A stretch of 35,159 nt of DNA, taken from NCBI GenBank assembly GCA_000934665.2, contig JYFJ02004063.1, positions 1 to 35,159 of the forward strand. Direction: 5' to 3'. Of this stretch, positions 23,380 to 32,433 are shown piece by piece (the stretch's first letter is position 1; each line of letters opens with the position of its first letter). A program made the position numbers and the translations under genes. Source of the DNA: Catajapyx aquilonaris (lineage: Eukaryota). The notes beneath the pieces were generated by a model that was given only the letters and a program-made list of their open reading frames with translations, searched no databases and was not told the origin of the DNA.

Positions 23380-23474
23380 CCCAGCCAACAAACCCAATGT
23401 AACATTTACCACTGGTTTTAATGTTGGAAACAATTTGCCAGTCATATTAACAAGAAGTAACTGTGCAGACTTAA

Positions 23475-24361
23475 GCCGCATTTACATGTGGGCGATTTGA
23501 TCAGCGATGAAATCGCTTGTGAATTGTAGCGGTTCTGACGTCATGATGCAAGCGACAGCGCTTATACATCGCCTGTGTATTTACAAGCCGGCGATGTCAT
23601 TGCCATCATCGCCATCGTCTATTTCAAACAGACCTGAGGAGGGTCTCAACCACTGGCCACTCCCCCTTGAGATCTGTCCTGATCGAAAATTGACTTCACT
23701 TTTCTGGCCTGAGGGCATCTCTACTTTACTGTACGGTTAGCATACTGCCTCCGTTCCCAGCTGTCCAAACCAGTGCAGCTGCCAATATAAAAAAGTGGAT
23801 GCAATTCACAACCAGGTAAAATATTTTGGGAACCAGGCAAGCAGCACTGTAGTTCCGAATAGTTTGAGCCTGTGACACTTAGAGAATGATTTACATGAAA
23901 CTTTGTGGTCGGTTCCAGTTGAGACAAGGCCAGCTGCTTCTGGAAACAAGCATTAGCAAGGAATTTGTTTCAGGAGATTAGTGTGGAGGGCAGGACTATA
24001 TTGAGTAGTGTAACAATCAAGTTCGCCTCCAAAAATTGCATCACAATATGGGGCAATAGTTGAATCACTTAGGCCAAGTTGCACCTGCTCCCGGAAAATT
24101 TGTCTGGCCGAAGAAGAGCCAGGTTTGTTTGTTATTCATTGTTGTCAACAATTCTGTGAACAATGAATAACAAACTTACCTGGCTCTACATGTGAGCGAT
24201 TTGACAAGCGAAGCGGAGCAAAGTCATCGCCGAGTGACATAACCAATATTGTTTGAGTTGAAAGTAACAATCGATTTTCGCCTCAAACAATACTGGTTAC
24301 TCAGTGTTGTTATCGCCGGTGATGACATCATGCGATCAAGTCGCTCACCTGTAAACGCACC
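23475..24361. mobile_element. Harbinger-like non-autonomous element(s) with an internal hairpin
   Basis: Degenerate TIRs TAA|GCCGCATTTACATGTGGGCGA and TCGCTCACCTGTAAACGCACC|TTA; internal hairpin at ~24116-24187. Confidence 0.5.
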
Positions 24362-24619
24362 TTAATGGTGTTTAACAATAACTGGTATCCTATGCCAGAA
24401 AAATAATGAGATGAAAGTCTTTCAAGTAAGCCAATAGGAGAATTCTTGGAATATAAATAAAATGCTACGAGTTAACAGCCTACATAATTAGTCTCCTGTT
24501 ATGAATTAAATAGAGCTAGCAAAATGGTTAGGTCCTGGTAGGACATGTATTGGAAAAAATGGTATAGACTGCCTGAATCAGACCAGTACAATCATATGGG
24601 CCGATTAGAGTAGAGTAAG

Positions 24620-24921
24620 GATATAGGCAGCCCACGATAACTTCCAAATGATGTCATCATTTTGTTGACCAATTCCTAGTCAACGGAAATATGTCGAAGA
24701 CACCTGGAACCTCCCATGTTTCAAGTTTCCATGGAGATGCCCTCATGCTACAATTGATGTAAAAATTGCCAAACAAATGCCTTAATTGTTCCATGAGGGC
24801 ATCTCCATGGAAACTTGAAAAGTGGGAGGTTCCAGAGGTGTGTTTGGCATATTTTAGTTGACTAGGAATTGGTGAACAAAATGATGACATCATTTGGAAG
24901 TTATCATGTGCTACCTATATC
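24620..24921. mobile_element. Foldback MITE
   Basis: ~135-bp imperfect inverted arms (GATATAGGCAGCCCACGATAACTTCCAAATG...) around a ~25-nt spacer. Confidence 0.85.
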
Positions 24922-24972
24922 ATAGTAAAGGACTTCCATAAAACACAGAGGTATACATATATGAAGTTATAT

Positions 24973-25929
24973 ACGGGAGGTGTGGTGGCCAAGATGGTAA
25001 CGTCTCGGCTTGCTGAGTGAAAGGTCCCAGGTTCGATCCCCCACCTGGGAGTTCCCTTTCACCTGCGTCGGGAGTGTCTCTGACCTGAATCTTGGAGGTG
25101 TCTGGCAACCTAACATCCTGGGGAACAGCACATGACCCGCAATTGAACCGTGGAATCGGAAAACCGGACAAGTCACATCGAAAATGAAAAGGCGTTTAGG
25201 TACTTGTTGCACTGAGCCTGTCTAAAATCCACAGGAATGGTTGTAGGTGCACCAAATTTGCAAGGTGGGTGCATGCAACGAATTCAAACTCACCGGAATT
25301 GGTTGGAATCATATCTGAGCACCAGAGGCGACACTGTGGCCGTCTCTTTGGACCCCCTGCCCGTGAAAGGGCCCGTTGACTTATCTGATTTTCCGATTCC
25401 ATAGCTCGTAGAAGCTAAGATCGCACCTGCTACAATCCACAGGAATGGTCGTAGGTGCACCAAATTTGCAAGGGGGGTGCATGCAACGAATCCAAACTCA
25501 TCGGAATTGGCTGGAATCATATCTGAGCACCAGAGGCGACACTGTGGCCGTTTATTTGGACCCCCTGTGGTGAGATATGATTCCAGCTAATTCCGGTGAG
25601 TTTGGATTCGTTGCATGCACCCACCTTGCAAATTTGGTGCACCTATGATATTCCTATGACTATTCCTGTGGATTTTAGACAGGCTCAGTGCAACAAGTAC
25701 CTAAAGGCCTTTTCATTTTCGATGTGACTTGTCTGGTTTTCCGATTCCACGGTTCAATTGAGACAGTGCACTTGCACCCATGTTCCCTCCCCAAAAATCT
25801 CAATCCTTACCCAATCTCCTTGATTCCCTGCACCGGAGTGAAGTTAACTCAGAAAATTGAGGAAAACTGGTGGTGTACCACCCCGCTATAGAACCTGTAA
25901 GGGTCATCACGGGGTACAATAAAAAATAA
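24973..25929 (+). mobile_element. SINE family A interrupted by a DNA element
   Basis: Head at 24975-25040, body resumes at 25760; 12-bp TSD ATGAAGTTATAT. Confidence 0.88.
25145..25755. mobile_element. Non-autonomous DNA element with AATT TSD (Sola1-like)
   Basis: AATT|GAACCGTGGAATCGGAAAA ... TTTTCCGATTCCACGGTTC|AATT; ~170-bp TIRs; 134-bp direct repeat at 25226-25359 and 25434-25567. A related left end occurs at 10901-10950. Confidence 0.8.
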
Positions 25930-26023
25930 ATGAAGTTATATCTTTGATAGATAACTGGATGAATGCAAATGTAATGTGCAATGATAAATAGAGAATGTGC
26001 TGATAAGATTGTCAAAACCAATA

Positions 26024-26678
26024 CATTGTACTCCCGATTATCCGGGTGTGGATTATCCGTGCATTGCCAAAAAATAAAATTTAAAATTTTAATCCGACGA
26101 AGTGGGTCAAATTTTCGTCCCACTGCTAGATACTGCTAACGTAGCAGTACCAGTACCAACACCAGTAACTAGCAGTGGGACGAAAATGCTACCCACTGTC
26201 AATATGTATTGCCAATGAAGTAATATGAAAACATACTTTTTCTAGAAGGAAAGTAAAAATCTATGGTAAGTTTTATTATTTTGATTCAACCAAGCAGCAT
26301 ACATTTTCTACATCAGTACATTAATAACCTGTGAATAGCTCATTTTTGACAATGTCTGGGACAATTTTCCAATTATCTGTGTTTTCAGATTATCTGGCAG
26401 ATTAGCCCGGATCAGGGTCACCTACATGAGTGCCACCCCCACCTAGACAGGGTATTGTCTCTCCGCCATATTGGAACTAAACCAGATAGGAAAATTGCAT
26501 AGGAAAAAAAACAATTGAAAAAAACAAAAACGAATCGCTTGCCAATTCCCTATCCTGCAGCATGGGGCAGCCATATTGGAACTAGATTGCATAAGGACTA
26601 TGTGAAGACAATACCCTGGTTAGGGTGGGGGAGGCAACCATGTAGGGGACCCTGGCCCGGATAATCGGGAGTGCAGTG
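26024..26678. mobile_element. Tigger-like MITE hosting two nested elements
   Basis: TIRs CATTGTACTCCCGATTATCCGGG and CCCGGATAATCGGGAGTGCAGTG; contains palindrome 26101-26197 and hAT MITE 26413-26654. Confidence 0.7.
26413..26654. mobile_element. hAT-type MITE
   Basis: CAGGGTCACCTACATG ... CATGTAGGGGACCCTG with perfect 8-bp TSD GCCCGGAT. Confidence 0.88.
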
Positions 26679-26888
26679 CATTAATTAACTACAGTATTAT
26701 TCTGATCGTGTGTATGATATGAGAACTGGTAACTTCTACCATACTTTCATCGAACAGTTACATCATTATTGCTTTTTTATAGCTCCATACATTTAAATGA
26801 ATGTTTAAGGAGGAGGACTCGGCATTGCCTCTCGTTCTAAGTATAGCTCCATACTGAAGGTAGTAAGCTAATGACAATTTTTTTTCAG

Positions 26889-27099
26889 GTCGTAGTGCAT
26901 GCGAGCGCACCTCATTTGTCTTCTTACGGAAGGAACTGCCTGTACGATTGGCCAACATCATGAAGGAGATCCATCTACTGCCAGACAATCTTCTCCGCAT
27001 GCCTTCTGTGGGTCTCTTGCAGCAATGGTATGCACGGAGCTTTCAAGAGATTCTAGAATTTGAGAGGGCTGATGCGAATGATGACAATACCCTCCACAA
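26889..27099 (+). CDS. Pdk: PDK exon 2
   Basis: Acceptor ttttttcag|; [41 protein letters not shown]...; donor AA|GTGAGT. Phase matches exon 1. Confidence 0.95.
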
Positions 27100-27158
27100 G
27101 TGAGTGACTGCTTTTGTGCCACTAAAGCTGTGATAACTTATTTCATCGACCATTACAG

Positions 27159-27343
27159 GTTTTGTGAATCGTTGATAAAAATTCGTAACAGGCATTTGAA
27201 CGTAGTGCAGACTATGGCTCAAGGTATGATGGAGCTGAAGGAATCACATGACATTGACCAACAGACAGAGCACAGTATCCAGTACTTCCTTGACCGATTC
27301 TACATGTCCCGCATTAGCATCCGCATGCTCATTAACCAGCACA
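27159..27343 (+). CDS. Pdk: PDK exon 3
   Basis: Acceptor ttacag|; [22 protein letters not shown]...[21 protein letters not shown]; donor A|GTAAGT. Confidence 0.95.
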
Positions 27344-27401
27344 GTAAGTGCTCATTTTAGGTAACTGTTAGGTGCATGAGACTGATATTTTTATTCACTA
27401 G

Positions 27402-27566
27402 CACTTCTGTTTGGAAGTGAGCTGAACGGGCATCATCGACATGTTGGTTCCATTGACCCTCATTGCGATGTGGTGGCAGTGGTGAAAGATGCATATGAAA
27501 ACGCACGATTCCTATGTGATCAGTATTACCTGGCTTCTCCAGACCTCAAGATTGATGAGCACAATG
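27402..27566 (+). CDS. Pdk: PDK exon 4
   Basis: Acceptor cactag|; [49 protein letters not shown]; donor G|GTGAGT. Confidence 0.95.
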
Positions 27567-27933
27567 GTGAGTTTGGCTGAGTTGTGATTGATACAGGTGC
27601 TATGTTGTTTCAAAAGGAGTTCTGGAAACAGTGATTAAATATTGGAGAAATTGCTTTTGACATTCCATTGTGTTTGTAAGGAGTTAATTTGGTTTGGCAT
27701 GCTACATCTAACAGAAGATATGCAGTTGTCATGTGAAACCACCATGTTGTTATAATGTTAAAATGATGTAAAATGGCTGCCTTTGAGAACAACCTGTTAT
27801 TTTGGAAGTAATTCAAGTCAGCAGAGTATTATAACAGTTTTCTATTTCTATTCCATTGTGATCCATTTTGTTGCCACTGAAACCCAGATGAAGTAGAAGG
27901 TAAGCTGTGCAGCATGTGGATGTATTATACATA

Positions 27934-28501
27934 CAGGGTGTTTCAGAGTCACGGGTCAAGCGCGCACTAGGGGGTGGGGGAAAATTGTAAGTGGCGACAA
28001 CCCCAGTCGGTTTTATAAAACAATTAGAAATATGGGAGTAATCAATTGAGTGATTACGGCGTGATGTCACATACTTTCTGTTCGAATTGACTGGCATGGA
28101 CTGGCAGGTGCAGTGGGTTGAACCTTGTTGAACTGCTTTTTAGCCTTGTGGGTTGTACTGAAAAAGGCGCTCTCCTGCTATACCGGCAGGGTACTGTACA
28201 CACTACTGTACAGTAGTACACTACTTTGTACAGTACCCTACCGGTATAGCATGAGAGTGCCTTTTTCAGTGCAACCCGCAAGGCTAAAAAGCCGTTCAAC
28301 CAGGTTCAGCCCACAGCACTTGCCAGTCCGCGCCACTCAATTCGAACAGAAAGGATGTGACGTCACGCCGTACGGCCGTAATAGATAAATTGATTACTGC
28401 CGTATTTCTAATTGTTTTATAAAACCGACCGGGGTTGTCGCCACCTACGATTTTTCCACACCCCCTCGCGCACGCTTGACCCGTGACTCTGAAACACCCT
28501 G
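27934..28501. mobile_element. 568-bp foldback Tc1/mariner-type MITE in PDK intron 4
   Basis: TA|CAGGGTGTTTCAGAGTCACGGG ... CCCGTGACTCTGAAACACCCTG|TA; arms of ~270 bp. Confidence 0.92.
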
Positions 28502-29124
28502 TATAAGTGTGATTACTTTAATGCCTATTGTAGTAATGCAGTATATAAGACTGAATGTAGGCTGTAGTTGGGGATTGCTGTGTACAGTGTTGCACATAGG
28601 AGGCAGGCCAGGCAAGTTCAGCCTTCCCTGAATCTATGAGATGTGAAAACCCAATTTAAGCGTGAAGAAGCGTCAAGGCTTTGTAAGGAGTAATGTGAGA
28701 GTTGCTTACAATGGATAAGTAATGTGATTTTATGTTACATTTAAAAATCGAAAATGAATAAATTAAGTTTCAAATCTGAGACTGATCATTGGAATGGATT
28801 GGTATTTAATTGGATTGATGTCTCATCCAGGAGCGGTCCTTGCTTACCCAGTTGCAGAACTAACACTTTTACACTTGTGCAGGGCTAATCCTTATTTCAG
28901 TGCAGAGGTAGTTCTTGGTAGCTTTGTAATAAAATGTAACAAGATCTACCCCTACGAGCTTATACATTAAATTCAAACCTGTTTGGTGCCTTATGTACGT
29001 ACATTTACATACAATGTGTTCTAACTGAATTGGCTGTGGAGGTAAGTAATTTTACAGTACTAAGCGCCAATTGTTTGAATGAAAGTTAATTATACAACCA
29101 GCCCATAGTCAGCTGCCGCATAAT

Positions 29125-29820
29125 TTTTTAAATATTATTTATTTTATCCATTGATACAACTATAAGTTGTTATAGGGGGGTGGCAGGGGAGACGGAGTGG
29201 CGCCGCGGTAACGTGCGCGCCCACGGATGTTAGGGTCCCGGGTTCGATCCCAGTCCGGGGACACCCCCTTCATCTCGTGCAGAGGTCGGTCACCTCTGGC
29301 TTCGTCTCGGGGGGTATTTCCTACAGACTAAACCACCCGGGGGAGCTCACTAAAAACGGCCACACGTCAGATGCACTGCACTTGCACATCCTCTCCTATC
29401 ATCCTGCCCGTGGGCCCGGGCGCTTCAATAATAGGATTCCCAGAATATGTGCACCATCACAATAAAGGTCTGGCAAAAAACCCCTATGGGGTTAGCCGAA
29501 TACCCAATCAATTATTATTATAGGGGGGTGGCACACCACCATCAGTTTTCAAACTTGTTTTTCTTCAAGCACCGTGCAAGGACTTCAGGATGTAGGGTAG
29601 GGATAGGGATTGTTGGGGAGAGGACACTTGTGCAGGTGCAATGTCTTAAACATTTGGGCCATGTGCCGTCCCCCAGGAGGTTAGGTTACCAGACACCTCC
29701 AAGGTGCAGGTCAGAGACCCTCCTGATGCAGGTGAAAGGGAACTCCCCAGGCGGGGATCAAACCTGGGACCTTTCACTCAGCAAGCCGAGACGTTACCAT
29801 CTCGGCCACCACACCTCCCC
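29125..29820 (-). mobile_element. SINE family A with a family B copy inserted in its tail
   Basis: 15-bp TSD CAGCTGCCGCATAAT at 29110-29124 and 29821-29835. Confidence 0.9.
29186..29517 (+). mobile_element. SINE family B
   Basis: Full head with GGTTCGATCCC; 16-bp TSD TTATAGGGGGGTGGCA. Confidence 0.9.
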
Positions 29821-30474
29821 CAGCTGCCGCATAATCAATTGTTAGTAAAGGAAGCTTGTATTCTTCATCTTATATTTAAAGGCAACTCTCACCCACTGCC
29901 TTCTGTGAATCCCACCCTTCTCTGGGTCATACACATAACAAATTGATAAGCTCACCAAGACATGGAGTTGTCATGTCATGCATTTGACACAATGTACCAG
30001 GAAATTATCATACTGATAACATGACAACTCCATGATTTTCAAAATATCTTGTTGCCTTCAGTTATTGTGGTGGGTGCAGGCTCATAGTCAGACAGAGAAG
30101 AGAGGAGGGGCAGACAAAAATGAGGGTCAGGCAAAATTTTTGCATTTTAATTAATCTGATATTTTTAATTTTCCACCCTCGCACCACAATGTATTTTCAA
30201 TATAAAAATGCAACTGAAATAAAAATAGTTGGGACTATAAACTGTAAAACAATGATACCACGATGTTATGCAGGTTCCGCAAAGCTGAAATATGGTATTT
30301 TCACTTTTAACAGAAGATGAAGAATTTCTTCTCTTATTAGCTCTTATTAGGATGATAAGAAGGATGGATCAAATAAAGCATTTTTAACCCAGATATGCAG
30401 AGTGCCCCCTACAGGGGACACCTGCATTGTTGTCACATTTTAATTTTTTTTTTAAATGCTGGTTCTTCTGCTGC

Positions 30475-30746
30475 GCCGACCTTGGTGGACTAGTGGTTAG
30501 CGCGCTTGCCTCCGGTCCCAAGGTTGTGGGTTCGAACCCGGCCGAGGTCGGTGACTTTTCTCCGGGTGGTAGAAAAGTGAGAGTGCTCTTTCCTTCGGAG
30601 GGGAAGTAAAGCCGTTGGTCCCGTGTGCTTGTGACATTGCGTGAGATCCCCAGAGTGGCCAAATTTCCAGGAGGAGGACCACCCCCTGGCGTCGGTGTTG
30701 AGCCTTAGAGGCAGAAATAGGCCGACGTTAAGCCCCACTGAACCCA
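30475..30746 (+). mobile_element. tRNA-derived SINE, family D (Talua/Nin-domain-like)
   Basis: A/B boxes, core CCTTCGGAGGGGAAGTAAAGCCGTTGGTCCC, 13-bp TSD GTTCTTCTGCTGC. Confidence 0.85.
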
Positions 30747-30915
30747 GTTCTTCTGCTGCTAAAGTCACAGGAGTGACGGGTGGCAGTAGTGACAGAGTCA
30801 CAGCTAACGATACAAGTTAAAACCTGCTTGATATTGCTTCAGATTTTGAAGATACAGGTGTTTGAATTTTAACGCAGGAAATAATGGCTGCACCGTCATG
30901 TTCCAAATATGATTA

Positions 30916-30920
<5 letters not shown>

Positions 30921-30963
<43 letters not shown>

Positions 30964-31217
30964 GATACCCCGTGATAGGCCCCTTGGGCCTCTTAGGGGA
31001 TCATCTTTTGAATATCCGACTTTAATCATTTGCCTGTAATGTGATGGATTTTGATAGTGGGAGGAAACGGGAGAACCCCGAGAAAACCCACGCGAATACG
31101 GAGAGAACCCATCGAAACTATATCCACATAAATATCCTCCGTCCGACCCGGGGATCGAACTCGGGACCTTAGAGGTGGAAGGCTGCGGCGCTAACCACTC
31201 GGCCATCGTGTTTCCCT
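30921..31217 (-). mobile_element. tRNA-derived SINE, family E (V-domain-like)
   Basis: A/B boxes; GCGTGGGTTTTCTCGGGGTTCTCCCGTTTCCTCCCAC resembles the V-SINE domain; (ATT)n tail; 16-bp TSD AAATATGATTAGTAAT. Confidence 0.88.
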
Positions 31218-31781
31218 AAATATGATTAGTAATTAATTCTCTAATGTTGATTAGTGTTATGAGTTTTTTTTTTAAATGTTTTTTTTTATTATTTCAATTA
31301 CCCCGTGCCACCCCTTGCGGGGTCTTTGGGGGAATCCTGCTCCCTACATACAAATAACATTGTCATCAATATTACCGTGCACAGCAAGCCATAACCAAAA
31401 TACATGAAATATATTATCCAATAATCAAATTTGACATAATTCTTGTATACAGAGGGTTGTTTTAAAAAAGAAAAAAAACATTGAAGGCCTGATCCTTTGT
31501 TATATTTGCGAAGGACCATAGCAAGCGATCTGGAGGGGAACGGGGCAAGTCTGTTAGGTAACGCTCCCTGGGCCCATTAAAAACTGGACACTCGAAAATG
31601 AAATGGTGGAGAGTCTGAGGCTGCATCATACAACAATAATCACATGGCTCATCTTGAAACACTCGCAGCACCTCTCCGCATACGTAATAATTAGCGGAAA
31701 GGTTTCTTATATTTATTATCAGACGAGTGATTTGCAGAGGTAACAATATGAGTTATTTATTATTTGTAATACTTAGAAAAA

Positions 31782-32097
31782 GGGAGACGGAGTGGCGCCG
31801 TGGCAACGCGCGCGCCCACGGAAGTTAAGGTCCCGGGTTCAATCCCCACCCGGGGTTCCCACCTTCTTTCGTGCAGAGTTGAGCCATCTCTGGCTTCGTT
31901 TCGGGTGGCAATTTCCGACAGACTAAGCCACCCGGGGGAGTTCACAAAATGGCTGTTTGAGACATTGCACATGCACTTTGCACATCCCCTCCTACCTACC
32001 CTTGGAACACACTAAATACTATCTTAGTATACCAGTTCCTCCCAGATGGTGGTAGTCCACCCCCCTAAAGGAAATGTAACTCCCAATGGGGTAATGC

Positions 32098-32139
<42 letters not shown>
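31782..32139 (+). mobile_element. SINE family B with poly(A) tail
   Basis: Head GGGAGACGGAGTGGCGCCG; ~40-nt A tract; flanked by CTTAGAAAA. Confidence 0.88.
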
Positions 32140-32141
<2 letters not shown>

Positions 32142-32150
32142 TAGAAAACT

Positions 32151-32433
32151 GTCGAAGCAGGTTGGCATAGTGGATAAGGCGTCCGACTGCTAATCGGGAG
32201 GTCCTAGGTTCGAATCTCGGGACCGGCAACTCTGACAGTGGTTTTCTGTGGTTTCCCACGGTCCTTCCAGGGAAATTCCGGAGTTGCTTCCGTAATTAAT
32301 AAGCCACAGCCGCTTCCTTCCGTCCCTATCCTATCCCAAAGAGCACAGTAAAATGAAAAGTAAAAGAGTTCCAGGCAAAACAAACTTCCCCCCTAAAGAG
32401 CCGATGGCTGATAACGGGGTATGAATTATAATA
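32151..32433 (+). mobile_element. SINE family C
   Basis: Near-identical to the 6704 copy; TSD CTTAGAAAACT. Confidence 0.9.

Noticed and set aside
23224..23500. Poly-Ile and poly-Met ORFs
   Set aside because: Translation of a trinucleotide microsatellite.
28054..28388. Pair of near-identical ORFs on opposite strands (also 24967/25688 and 1638/2370)
   Set aside because: A by-product of inverted-repeat arms.
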